DNA from: Alphaproteobacteria bacterium
GTDB lineage: Bacteria > Pseudomonadota > Alphaproteobacteria > GCA-2731375
DNA: 64,000 nt
Direction: 5' to 3'
Assembly (NCBI GenBank): GCA_965232515.1
Contig: CBDDPY010000002.1
Coordinates: forward strand, 2,176,001-2,240,000
The notes beneath the pieces are model-generated. The model made no database searches. It worked only from the letters and a program-made list of their open reading frames with translations, and was not told the DNA's origin. Made by a program: the position numbers and the translations under genes. This document shows positions 10,023-19,443 of this stretch, piece by piece; the first letter of the stretch is position 1, and each line of letters opens with the position of its first letter.

Positions 10023-10871
10023 ATGAAAATCCTCGTTGTCGACGGCGATCAGCTGTTTGCCCGCCTGCTGAAGGCGAAGCTGGAGAAATGGGGGCATCGG
10101 GTGGTCGTCGAGCATGACGGCGCGGCGGCCTATCGGCGGATCCAAAAGGAATCCTTCCGCACGGTGATCCTGGACTGGGATCTGCCGGGCATGAACGGCC
10201 CGGAGCTGTGCGCGAAGATCCGCGCCATGCGGCGGGCCCGCTACACCTATGTCGCCTTCTACACCGCCAAATCCGACCGGGACAGCCTGCTGGCCGGGCT
10301 CGAGGTGGGCGCCGACGACTACCTGCTAAAGCCGCTGAACGTGGTCGAGCTGCGCTTGCGCATGAAGCGCGGGAAGCGCCTTCTGAATCTGGAGGACAAG
10401 CTCCTGGAAAGCGCCGGCGAGGACCAGTCGACAGGCGTCGTGAACGCCGCCAGCTTTCGGCAGTTCTTCCGCGTGGTCCTGGCCGAGGCCCGGCGCACCC
10501 GATCCGACGGCACGCTGATGTTCGTCACCGTCCGCAACTTCGGCACCGTGCTGCGCGAGCACGGCTACAACCCCGCCCATGGCATGATGCGCGAAGTCGC
10601 CGCCGTGCTGAACCGCGGTGTCCGCGAGAGCGATCTGGTGGGCAAGGTCGAGGAGAACGAGTTCTGCGTGCTGTTGCAGAGCACGCACCACGAAAACAGC
10701 CTGCCGGTTGTCGAGAAGCTGGCCGTGCGCCTGCGCAACCTGGCGATCTATGTCGAGGACACCGCCCTGCATCCCGACATCGGCATCACCGTCGCCGGCT
10801 ATCCGCACGGCAATCTGAGCTACGAGCAGATTCTGGACGGCAGTGACGACCGCCTGCCCGTAGCCAGCTAG
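10023..10871 (+). CDS. Response regulator with degenerate GGDEF domain
   Basis: Receiver domain (LDWDLPGMNG, GADDYLLKP). The GGDEF-like domain has RESD followed by LVGKVEENEF in place of R-x-GGDEF. Confidence 0.82.
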   Translation: MKILVVDGDQLFARLLKAKLEKWGHRVVVEHDGAAAYRRIQKESFRTVILDWDLPGMNGPELCAKIRAMRRARYTYVAFYTAKSDRDSLLAGLEVGADDYLLKPLNVVELRLRMKRGKRLLNLEDKLLESAGEDQSTGVVNAASFRQFFRVVLAEARRTRSDGTLMFVTVRNFGTVLREHGYNPAHGMMREVAAVLNRGVRESDLVGKVEENEFCVLLQSTHHENSLPVVEKLAVRLRNLAIYVEDTALHPDIGITVAGYPHGNLSYEQILDGSDDRLPVAS

Positions 10872-10919
10872 ATCACTCTGCCTGCCGGAACCCGGCGACC
10901 CACGAAATCGGCAACAGAA

Positions 10920-10960
10920 AACGCCATCCCAATCTCCACGTGGGAGACGGGGATAGCGTT
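10920..10960. terminator. Imperfect hairpin between convergent genes
   Basis: AACGC.ATCCC..TCTCC / GGAGA.GGGGAT.GCGTT inverted repeat between the stops at 10871 and 10984. Confidence 0.4.
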
Positions 10961-10983
10961 CCTGAGTCAGGCCCGGTGCCGGG

Positions 10984-12534
10984 CTAGCTGCCGATACGAA
11001 GGTTGCTGAGCTCCTGTGCGATCTCCTGGAACACGCTGCGCAGCTGGGCGTTGGTCGGCGAGTTGAAGTACATGGCCGGCGTGGTCGCACAGTTCTCGTA
11101 AAGGGTCCGAAGGCTGGAGCTCGTCACCTGGAAGGTGATGGTGTAGAGCCGGATATGCTTCGGATCGGGATGCGGGTTGATGCTCTTTATCAGATTGCAG
11201 ACGTCGGTGAACTTGTCGTCGACCGCGTCCTCCGCGGCAATCCGGTCTGTCGTACCAAGGCGGCCCTCATGGAGAAATCCATATCCGCTATAGTCCGACA
11301 GATTGGGCGTGTCGCCCTGACAGCAGACCTGGTTCACACCGTCGGTCAGCATGATGATCGCCTTGACGTTGGCGTCGTCGTTGTAACCGGTGCCTTCGGT
11401 GTACGGGACGCCGGGCGAGATCACCCGTAGGCCCCAGATCAGGCCGAGCGCACCGTTGGTGCCGCTGTTCCGCCATGCATCCATGGCGGCGATCTCGGCA
11501 AACAGACCGTCACGGTTGTTGGTCAACGGCACGATCTGTTGCGGACAGGCCTTGTTCGGGCCGGACGTCGACTGCGGCGTTTCGTCGATCGACGCCGTCG
11601 CCGCCTGATCGATGTACTTGCTGCGCCGCTCCTGTCGGGTAAAGAAGCCGCCGCCGCCGTCATCATCCATATAGTCGTTGTTCGTGTCGCTGTCGTTGTC
11701 AGGCTCGTCCGCCCAGAAATACGGCACCCAATAGGTGTTCGGCGTACCGGGCGTGGGCGGCGTGTCCTGAACGTCGTACGGCGACGGCCGGGCCTCGACG
11801 CAGCCCTTCCAGGGGACGCCCAGGTCTGCGAAGAGGGTGTGATGGTTCGGCTTGCCCGTCATGTTGGCGCCGTTGTAGAGAGCCGCACCGGCTTGGTCGG
11901 TAAGGGCGATATTGCCGGGGCCGATGTTCACCGTGGTCACATACGGCACCATGCCGACCTTCAGATTCGGCGGGAAGGCCTGGCTGCCGAACAGAATGTC
12001 GACCAGATCGTTCGCCGCGGTCCGCAAGGCGGCAATCTTGCCGCTGTGCCGCATCGAGCCCGTGTTGTCGAGCACCAGCACGACTTCCATGCCTTTGATT
12101 TCGCGCACGATGGTCGAGTTTTCGGCGACGGTGATGTTGTGCACGCCAAGAACCGACATCAGCGTCGCGTTGACATCGGCCGTGGCCGTCAGCGTGATCG
12201 TATCGTCGACGATGGTCATGACCGGAGTCGCCGGCACGCCGATCTCGTGCGCCGGATAGTTGGCGTCGAAATAGCGCTGCATGACGGCCTCGAGCTGGGC
12301 CTGATCGCCGGTCGACGAGCCGACCGCGAGGCCGGCCGCATCCAAGGCCATGCCCAGGCGCTGCTTGACCAGATAGGCGCGGGAGATATCCACGGCCGCG
12401 CCACCGGCAGCCACCATCGGAATCAGGGCAAAGACAAACACGATAGCCACGGCCCCGCGGCGGTTTTCGGTGAAATGACGCCATCTGCGCGCAACGCGCC
12501 GACCTGCGTCCGTACAACGTTCGGAAAACCGCAT
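10984..12534 (-). CDS. tadG: TadG-like pilus protein (Tad N-terminus + vWA domain)
   Basis: RRGAVAIVF pilin-like N-terminus, ALDAAGLA, MIDAS motif LVLDNTGSM and IIMLTDG. Confidence 0.88.
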   Translation of the reverse strand: MRFSERCTDAGRRVARRWRHFTENRRGAVAIVFVFALIPMVAAGGAAVDISRAYLVKQRLGMALDAAGLAVGSSTGDQAQLEAVMQRYFDANYPAHEIGVPATPVMTIVDDTITLTATADVNATLMSVLGVHNITVAENSTIVREIKGMEVVLVLDNTGSMRHSGKIAALRTAANDLVDILFGSQAFPPNLKVGMVPYVTTVNIGPGNIALTDQAGAALYNGANMTGKPNHHTLFADLGVPWKGCVEARPSPYDVQDTPPTPGTPNTYWVPYFWADEPDNDSDTNNDYMDDDGGGGFFTRQERRSKYIDQAATASIDETPQSTSGPNKACPQQIVPLTNNRDGLFAEIAAMDAWRNSGTNGALGLIWGLRVISPGVPYTEGTGYNDDANVKAIIMLTDGVNQVCCQGDTPNLSDYSGYGFLHEGRLGTTDRIAAEDAVDDKFTDVCNLIKSINPHPDPKHIRLYTITFQVTSSSLRTLYENCATTPAMYFNSPTNAQLRSVFQEIAQELSNLRIGS

Positions 12535-12618
12535 TGCTAGTCTCCCTTTGTCAAATTCGGTTCCCGACGCCGGCTCGCATCGCGGCCGGCGTCAAATTTC
12601 AATCGCCGTGTCGGCGCA

Positions 12619-13161
12619 TCACAGCTTCTGGACGCGCTTGCTCCGCCGCGGCCGCAGATAGACCTGATCGGTGATCGTGAAGGGGGTCAAAATCAGATCG
12701 CTGTAAACCGGCGAAAAGTTGTATTCGATCTGAACCGCGATCACGCTTTGGTCTTCCTCCAGCAGGCCGGACGGGATGCCGGTGTCGCTGGCGCTCGCCG
12801 CCGCGCCGCCGCCACGGGAGACGCTCCAGTCGAGCTGCGGCGTCGTGCTGCCGGGGTCGGTCACGACGCTCGAGATCACCAGCCGGGTGTTGTTCGGGAA
12901 CGGCGCGATGATCTGTTCCATCGCCGAGAACACGTCATCCAGCTCCGGGTCGGTGATCGCGCTCAATTGCGCCACCAGATCGCCGCCGATATGAGCCGAG
13001 CGCGAGAGCTTGCGGTCCAGCAGCAAGGCGTCGCCGAGCTCGATCGATCCCAGGAAGACGAACAGCATGACCGGCACGACCAGTGCGAACTCGATCGAGG
13101 CGACGCCGCGCCGCGAACGCCGGAACAGGCGCCAATGTCGATAGCAGCGAGATTTGCTCAT
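12619..13161 (-). CDS. TadE/TadF family minor pilin
   Basis: RRGVASIEFALVVP prepilin motif and C-terminal YLRPR; GGAG precedes ATG 13161. Confidence 0.87.
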   Translation of the reverse strand: MSKSRCYRHWRLFRRSRRGVASIEFALVVPVMLFVFLGSIELGDALLLDRKLSRSAHIGGDLVAQLSAITDPELDDVFSAMEQIIAPFPNNTRLVISSVVTDPGSTTPQLDWSVSRGGGAAASASDTGIPSGLLEEDQSVIAVQIEYNFSPVYSDLILTPFTITDQVYLRPRRSKRVQKL

Positions 13162-13172
13162 GGTCGGCTCCG

Positions 13173-13724
13173 TCAACCGGCTCCGGGATTCCCGAAGGGC
13201 TCATTCATGAAAACGGACGTGGAGACGAGTTGCTTGCTGTTGGCGGCGCCGTCGCCCAGCAAATGACCGATCAACGGCGTCATGAACTGCCAGCGATAGG
13301 CCACCCGGACCAGGACGACGTCGCCCGGTCCGCCGGGCAGGAATTGATTGTTATCGGCCGCGCCGTCGGAATCGACAAAGTCAGGATAGTTCACGTCGCC
13401 AAAATCGTCGTAGCGGCGCACGTCGATGACCACGTCGCCGCAGGTCATCAGCCTCGACAGGTTCGAGCAGAGCAATGTCGAGAAGGTGCCAGTCGGATCG
13501 CCGGATGACTGCACCGCGCCGGTTCGGATCTGCCGCGCCGCCTCGCCGACCTGACCCTCGAGAGTCGCGGCGGCGAAAAACATTGTCGAGACTTCGAAAA
13601 TGCCAAATGACAGCACGAAGAACGGCGGCAGCACCAAGGCGGACTCCAGCGCCGTTATGCCGCGGCGGCAGTGGGCCAGCGCCGTCGCCGCAGCCGGTAG
13701 CTTCGTCTTCAAGTACCGCAACAC
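13173..13724 (-). CDS. tadE: TadE family minor pilin
   Basis: RRGITALESALVLPPF, AARQIRTG and FMNEPF; SD GAGGGGAG precedes the GTG. Confidence 0.87.
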   Translation of the reverse strand: MLRYLKTKLPAAATALAHCRRGITALESALVLPPFFVLSFGIFEVSTMFFAAATLEGQVGEAARQIRTGAVQSSGDPTGTFSTLLCSNLSRLMTCGDVVIDVRRYDDFGDVNYPDFVDSDGAADNNQFLPGGPGDVVLVRVAYRWQFMTPLIGHLLGDGAANSKQLVSTSVFMNEPFGNPGAG

Positions 13725-13907
13725 GGCTCGATCTCCCCTCGTAGGTTCGTGCCAGGCATCGACAAGGTCTGTGCCCGCTTGCCGGGCGGATTTCCGCCAC
13801 TCTCGCCTGTCGCCGTCATTCCCGGCCGCTGGATCGGCTATCGAGCCGAAGTCGTCAGATCAAGCCCAGGAAATAGAGGCGCTGCGGTATATTACGCCTG
13901 AAAGAAA

Positions 13908-13923
13908 TTAATGAAATATAAAC
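13908..13923. promoter_or_regulatory. Putative CtrA site upstream of the tadE-tadE-tadG operon
   Basis: TTAA-TGAAATA-TAAAC, one mismatch to TTAA-N7-TTAAC, in a very AT-rich intergenic region. Confidence 0.5.
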
Positions 13924-14094
13924 TCGGCGAGATCGATGTTTTCATAAAATTTTTGGTATTTTTTCTTCGATTTTATTGAATACAGATAAATCACTGCTTG
14001 GTGTGCTGAATAATCAGTGAAGTAATGATCAACCATGATCGCAATTCTACGACTGCGGGCAGGTTGGCGACCGCGATCCGGTCCGATCGAAACC

Positions 14095-14841
14095 CTATGG
14101 CTTACGGAAAACCACCCCGGCCAGCCAGCCGGCGAACAAGGCCATCAGGATTGCCAGCAAGCCGTAGACCGCGGCGTGGCGATGGGCGAATTCGAAGACC
14201 CGGGCGCCGATGCCGATCTTGCTGACCACCAAGGGCGTGGTCTGGGCGCTTCTGACCTCGCCGTCGCGGATCAGATAGACGGTCACCGTATAGGTGCCGG
14301 TGGGCACGTTCGATGGCAGATGGACATCGGTTCGGAACAGCCGCGGGGCGACGAAGCGAACCTTGCCGAGGCGGTCGTGGAAGACGCCGAGACGCTGCTT
14401 GTTGCGGATCAAGGCGTTGCGAAACGATGCCGTCACGGCCTCCGGCGCCACCTCACCGGGATTGAAGCGCAGGTACTGCAGGCCGATCTGATGCCGCGCC
14501 AACAACGGCGAGTCGGCGATATCCTGCAATGGGCGGCTCGAGGCGACGCTATAGAAGGCAGGAATCTCAGAAAATGGGAACTGTTGACGGTTGACCCAGA
14601 TCCCGGCGACGCGCTCCTTGCGGCGGACGATATCCCGCTGCTCCGGGCCGCGCACCACGACGACCACGTCGCCCTCGCCGTTCGTGGCGCCGAACAGCAG
14701 CAGGTCAGTGCCGACAAAGCCCGTGGTCACGGCGACGAGGTGCTTGGAGAGATCGGCGACCAGGGCCTGCGCCCGCGCCTCCTCGGCGCTCTGCCAGAAG
14801 CAGTAGACGAGTCCAATCAACAGGCTCAAGCGCGCGATCAT
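14095..14841 (-). CDS. TIGR02186-family conserved alphaproteobacterial membrane protein
   Basis: LVADLS..VAVTTGFVG.DLLLFGA and VRRKERVAGIWVN; coupled to a TauE gene, as is usual for this family. Confidence 0.85.
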   Translation of the reverse strand: MIARLSLLIGLVYCFWQSAEEARAQALVADLSKHLVAVTTGFVGTDLLLFGATNGEGDVVVVVRGPEQRDIVRRKERVAGIWVNRQQFPFSEIPAFYSVASSRPLQDIADSPLLARHQIGLQYLRFNPGEVAPEAVTASFRNALIRNKQRLGVFHDRLGKVRFVAPRLFRTDVHLPSNVPTGTYTVTVYLIRDGEVRSAQTTPLVVSKIGIGARVFEFAHRHAAVYGLLAILMALFAGWLAGVVFRKP

Positions 14842-15758
14842 TCCGACACCAGGTAGCCGAGCGAATAGATATCGGCCGGGGTCGCGACCAGGTCATAGGC
14901 CAGCTTGCCGCAGACCGCCAGGACCAGCAGCGCCAGCAGGCTGCGCAGCTGCTCGCCATGCAGCCGGGCGCCGGCGCGGCTGCCGAACTGCGCGCCGATC
15001 ACGCCGCCCGTCAGCAGCAGCAGCGCCAGCACGACGTCGACCGTCTGGTTTTGCCAGGCCTGCAGGAAGGTCACGTTCGCCGTGACGAAGATGATCTGGA
15101 ACAGCGAGGTGCCAACCACGACCGATGTCGGCATGCCCAGCAGATAGATCATCGCCGGCACCATGATGAACCCGCCGCCGACGCCCATGATCGCCGCCAG
15201 GACGCCGACAAAGATGCCCACGGCCAACGGCAGCAAGGCGCTGATATACAGCTTCGACTTGCGGAAGCGCATCTTGAACGGCAAGCCGTGCAGCCAGTTG
15301 TGCTGATGCAGCTTGACGCGCCGGCCGGTCGGTTTGCGGCGGCGCTGCATGGCCCGCAGGCTCTCGAACAGCATCAGAAAGCCGATGATGCCGAGGAACA
15401 CCACATACGACAGCGAGATCACCAGGTCGATCTGGCCGGCGCCGCGCAGGATGCTGAACAGCCAGACGCCAAGCGTGGAACCGATGAAGCCGCCGACCAG
15501 CAGCACCATTCCCATCTTGAAGTCGACATTGCCGCGCCGCCAATGCGCGAGCGCGCCGGAGACCGAGGAGGCGACGATCTGGTTCGCCTCGGTCGCCACG
15601 GCGACCGCCGGCGGCACGCCGATGAAGATCAGCAGCGGCGTCATCAGGAAGCCGCCGCCGACGCCGAACAGCCCGGACAGGAACCCGACCGCGCCGCCCA
15701 GGCCCAACAGCAGAAAAACGTTGAGCGACAGTTCGGCGATCGGAAGGTAAATCTGCAT
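14838..15758 (-). CDS. Sulfite exporter TauE/SafE family protein
   Basis: MQIYLPIAE start, duplicated GVGGGF motifs and multiple transmembrane segments. Confidence 0.92.
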   Translation of the reverse strand: MQIYLPIAELSLNVFLLLGLGGAVGFLSGLFGVGGGFLMTPLLIFIGVPPAVAVATEANQIVASSVSGALAHWRRGNVDFKMGMVLLVGGFIGSTLGVWLFSILRGAGQIDLVISLSYVVFLGIIGFLMLFESLRAMQRRRKPTGRRVKLHQHNWLHGLPFKMRFRKSKLYISALLPLAVGIFVGVLAAIMGVGGGFIMVPAMIYLLGMPTSVVVGTSLFQIIFVTANVTFLQAWQNQTVDVVLALLLLTGGVIGAQFGSRAGARLHGEQLRSLLALLVLAVCGKLAYDLVATPADIYSLGYLVSE

Positions 15759-16000
15759 CGAAGACCCGATGCCCGGTCTACACTGTTTTACGTCTGGCGA
15801 CGTCTACGACGTGTCGAGCGTGCGTCAAGAATTAATTCGGAAGCGCGGAAGCGCGCGCCACAATATCCCCATTCGCGACCACGCACCACCCGCATTATGG
15901 CCAATAGCCATGCGTGGCGCGCGACCCTGGATCACGCGTCGGTCAAAATTTCAGCAGCCCGGATCGCCGGGCGCCGACGAGGGCTTGCTTGCTGGGCGGG

Positions 16001-16390
16001 CTAGGAAGTCGTTTCAGCCATCACGGCTTGCCCGTCGGCCGGCGAGGGTCGGCTGGGACGGCACAGGATGTGGTGTAGCGACTCCAACAGTTCCGTCACC
16101 TCGCTATTGGCGACCGAGTAGAAGATGTTCTGCGCCGCGCGACGGGTTTCGACCAGGCCGTCGCGCCTGAGCCGGGCCAGATGCTGCGACAGAGCCGACT
16201 GGCTTATGCCGATCAGGGCTTCCAGTTCGCTGACCGACCGTTCACCTTCGATCAGGTAGCACAACACAGTCAACCGGCGCTCATTCCCCATGGCCTTGAG
16301 CAGCGTGCTGGCCCGCCGTGCATTCTCGCGCAGTTCGCCGGCCTTCTCGTCCATCGCTATCAATCGGTCCCCCAGAATCCCCATTTGCAT
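16001..16390 (-). CDS. ArsR/SmtB family regulator, BigR/SqrR-like (two Cys)
   Basis: LKAMGNERRLTVLC, SQSALSQHLARLR and a C-terminal ILC. The start may be 16354. Confidence 0.88.
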   Translation of the reverse strand: MQMGILGDRLIAMDEKAGELRENARRASTLLKAMGNERRLTVLCYLIEGERSVSELEALIGISQSALSQHLARLRRDGLVETRRAAQNIFYSVANSEVTELLESLHHILCRPSRPSPADGQAVMAETTS

Positions 16391-16507
16391 AAATTCACTT
16401 CCCTGAAGCGCGGCATGCCCGCCTTGGGCACAGCATTTCCTAATGAGAAGTAGATCCCGGACCGGCGCTGTCCAGCCGTGAGCGGCGAAGAATGTCGGTT
16501 TTTTCGA

Positions 16508-17260
16508 TCAGCCGATCTGGCCGAGGATGGGGAACGCCTCGATCAGCCAAAAACCCAGCAATTCGAAGGAGTTAAAAAGGAACAGCACGCCGGTCACCAC
16601 CAGCAGGCCGCCAACCCCCTTCTCGACCGTCGGCATGTGCCGGCGAAAGCGCTTGGCCCAGCGCATGAACGGGCGGGCGGCCAGCGCGGCGATCACGAAC
16701 GGGATGCCTAGGCCCACCGCATAGGCCGTCAGCAGCGAGGTGCCGAAGGTCACCGACTCCGACTGGGCCGCGACGGCCAGGATGGTCGCCAGAACCGGAC
16801 CGATGCACGGCGTCCATCCGAAGGCGAACGCGAGGCCGATAACGAACGCGCCGATGAGCCCCGCCGGCTTGCCCTGCATATGGAACCGGGCCTCGAAATT
16901 GAGGAAACCGATCCGGAACAGGCCCATGAAATGCAGACCGAACAGGATGATCACGACGCCGGCGATCTTGCCCAGCACCAGTTTGTGCTCCAGCAACAGT
17001 CCGCTGATCGCCGAAGCGGAAGCGCCGAGGGAGATGAAAACGACACTGAAACCGCAGACAAAGGCAATGGCGGCAGCGATGATGCGGCCGCCGGGCCGCT
17101 CCGCACCCTCGTCCCGGGGCGCGTCGTCGGTCAACTGCTCGAGCGAGACGCCGCCGATATAGCAGAGATAGGCCGGCACCAGGGGCAACACGCACGGCGA
17201 CAGGAAGCTGAGCATGCCAGCCCCCACCGCGCCAATGTAGGAAACGTCGAATCCACCCAT
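16508..17260 (-). CDS. ccdA: Cytochrome c biogenesis / disulfide transfer protein CcdA
   Basis: SFLSPCVLPLVPAY and FGWTPCIGPVL; about 6 transmembrane segments. Confidence 0.92.
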   Translation of the reverse strand: MGGFDVSYIGAVGAGMLSFLSPCVLPLVPAYLCYIGGVSLEQLTDDAPRDEGAERPGGRIIAAAIAFVCGFSVVFISLGASASAISGLLLEHKLVLGKIAGVVIILFGLHFMGLFRIGFLNFEARFHMQGKPAGLIGAFVIGLAFAFGWTPCIGPVLATILAVAAQSESVTFGTSLLTAYAVGLGIPFVIAALAARPFMRWAKRFRRHMPTVEKGVGGLLVVTGVLFLFNSFELLGFWLIEAFPILGQIG

Positions 17261-17415
17261 CCGATCGGCCTCAAGGAACGCCACCGGTCCATCTAACATC
17301 GCCGGGAAAGGCTTTAAAGACAACGCGCTATCACGATGTCTTGACGGAACCCGAACGACGCCCGACGATTCCACATTCGTCTCCGACGCCCCGGGGCGAC
17401 AGGATCTCTAGAGAT

Positions 17416-17643
17416 ATGGCACAGCGAACGCTCGACGCAACCGGCTTGACCTGCCCGCTGCCCGTGCTGCGGGCCCGGAAGGCGCTGAAAGACATGTCCG
17501 GCGGCGACGAGCTGACGGTGCTGGCGACCGATCCGAGCGCCGTTAATGACTTCCACGCATTCTGCGACGCAGCCGGCCATCGGCTCATCGACTGGCGGCG
17601 GGAGGACGAGATCCTGACATTCATCATCGAAAAGGCCGGCTGA
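17416..17643 (+). CDS. tusA: Sulfur carrier TusA/SirA family
   Basis: LDATGLTCPLPVLRARKAL and ATDP motif. Confidence 0.9.
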   Translation: MAQRTLDATGLTCPLPVLRARKALKDMSGGDELTVLATDPSAVNDFHAFCDAAGHRLIDWRREDEILTFIIEKAG

Positions 17644-17725
17644 CCCCACGGCGCGCGCCTGCCCGGCTTCGCCCGGTCACGGCTTTCTGTTAAAACAACC
17701 GCGCAGAACTGTAAGGGAGGCGGCG

Positions 17726-17947
17726 TTGGCCGAAGTTCGTGTGAAATCCGAAATAACCGGCAAGGTCTGGATGATCGAAGCCAAGGCCGGCGACAAGGTG
17801 GCCGAGGACGACCCGATCGTCGTGCTTGAGAGCATGAAGATGGAAATCCCGGTCGGCGCCCCCGTCGATGGCACCGTCAAGGAGATCCTGGTCGCCGAGG
17901 GCGACACGGTACAGGAAGGCGACGAGGTCGCCGTGATGGACGGCTGA
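17726..17947 (+). CDS. Stand-alone biotin carboxyl carrier domain protein
   Basis: LESMKMEIPV biotinylation motif; SD GGAGG precedes the TTG. Confidence 0.88.
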   Translation: MAEVRVKSEITGKVWMIEAKAGDKVAEDDPIVVLESMKMEIPVGAPVDGTVKEILVAEGDTVQEGDEVAVMDG

Positions 17948-17969
17948 GGTCCGACCGGGCGGCGGCGGG

Positions 17970-19406
17970 ATGGCGAATGCCGACGATCTCTGCTTCGCTT
18001 CGGCGGCCGAGCTGGCGGCACGCTACCGCGCTCGGGAACTGTCCCCGGTGGATGTGGTCGATGCCGTCCTCCAGCGGATCGAGGCGATCCAGCCGTCGAT
18101 CAACGCCTTTGTGACGGTCTGCTCGGACGAAGCCCGTCGGGAGGCCGCCGCGGCCGAGGCCGCGATGACACAAGACACGGAACCGCCGCCGCTGCTGGGC
18201 GTGCCGGTCTCGGTCAAGGATCTGGTCAATACGGCTGGCGTGCGCACGACCTTCGGCTCAAAGCTGATGGCCGACAACGTGCCGACGGCGGATTCGGTGA
18301 CGGTCGCGCGCCTGAAGCGGGCCGGCGCCATCCTGGTCGGCAAGACCACGACCCCGGAATTCGGACACAAGCCGCTGACCGAGGCGCCGCTGTTCGGCAA
18401 GACCCGCAATCCCTGGGACCTGTCCCGTACCTGTGGCGGGTCGAGCGGCGGCGCGGGGGCGGCCGTGGCCGCCGGTCTGGCACCGCTGGCTGTCGGCACC
18501 GATGGCGGCGGCTCGATCCGCATTCCCGCCGCCTGCTGTGGCGTTGTCGGCTTGAAGCCCACGCTGGGCTGCATCCCGCACGACCAGGCGGCCGACAACT
18601 TCGGCAACCTCGCCTATGTCGGGCCCATGACCCGAACCGTCGGCGATGCGGCGCGCATGCTCGACGCCATGGCCGGGCCCGACAGTGCCGACCCCTACTC
18701 GCTCGGGATCGCGTCGCGGGACTTTACATCTGCCGCCAAGCCCGAGGCCGATCTCAATGGCCTGCGCATTGCCTGGCGGCCCTACCTCGGCAACGCGGTC
18801 GTGGATGCCGAGGTCCTGCGCATCGTTGAGGCGGCGCTGCCGGCGTTCGAAGAGCTGGGCGCCGACGTGGAGCCCGTTACTGACGACTTCGCCAACACGG
18901 AGCCCCATTGGCTGGTGATCACCCACTCGATCTGGGCCAGCCGGTTCCAGGAACTGGTTCGCGACGGCCGCGAACAGATGGACCTGAGCCTGCTGACGCA
19001 AATCGACAAAGGTCAGAGCTACAGCGCGGTCGATCTGCAAGACGCGGCTCGCGCCCGCACCGCCCTGTTTCGAGAGGTGCAGGGCTGGTTCGACCGGTTC
19101 GACCTGGTGCTGACGCCGACGCTCAGCCGCACCGCCGTATCGGTCGACCACGATCCGTTGGGACAGGTCGAGATCGAAGGTCGGCCGGCCGGATCGCTGC
19201 GCGCGGCCTGGTACCCCTACACACACCCCTTCAACCTGACCGGCCATCCGGCGATCACGCTGCCCTGCGGCATGGCGTCGGACGGCCTGCCGGTAGGCTT
19301 GCAGATCATCGGTCCCTGGCATGCCGAGGAACAGCTCTTGCGGGCGGCCGCTTTGTTCGAAGCCGCCCGGCCCTGGGCCGGACGCCGGCCCGATCTCTCA
19401 AGCTGA
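17970..19406 (+). CDS. Amidase signature family enzyme
   Basis: [14 protein letters not shown] and [12 protein letters not shown]. Confidence 0.93.
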   Translation: MANADDLCFASAAELAARYRARELSPVDVVDAVLQRIEAIQPSINAFVTVCSDEARREAAAAEAAMTQDTEPPPLLGVPVSVKDLVNTAGVRTTFGSKLMADNVPTADSVTVARLKRAGAILVGKTTTPEFGHKPLTEAPLFGKTRNPWDLSRTCGGSSGGAGAAVAAGLAPLAVGTDGGGSIRIPAACCGVVGLKPTLGCIPHDQAADNFGNLAYVGPMTRTVGDAARMLDAMAGPDSADPYSLGIASRDFTSAAKPEADLNGLRIAWRPYLGNAVVDAEVLRIVEAALPAFEELGADVEPVTDDFANTEPHWLVITHSIWASRFQELVRDGREQMDLSLLTQIDKGQSYSAVDLQDAARARTALFREVQGWFDRFDLVLTPTLSRTAVSVDHDPLGQVEIEGRPAGSLRAAWYPYTHPFNLTGHPAITLPCGMASDGLPVGLQIIGPWHAEEQLLRAAALFEAARPWAGRRPDLSS

Positions 19407-19443
19407 AGCGCCCGCCCTTATCAGCGTATCTGGAGCGACAGTC

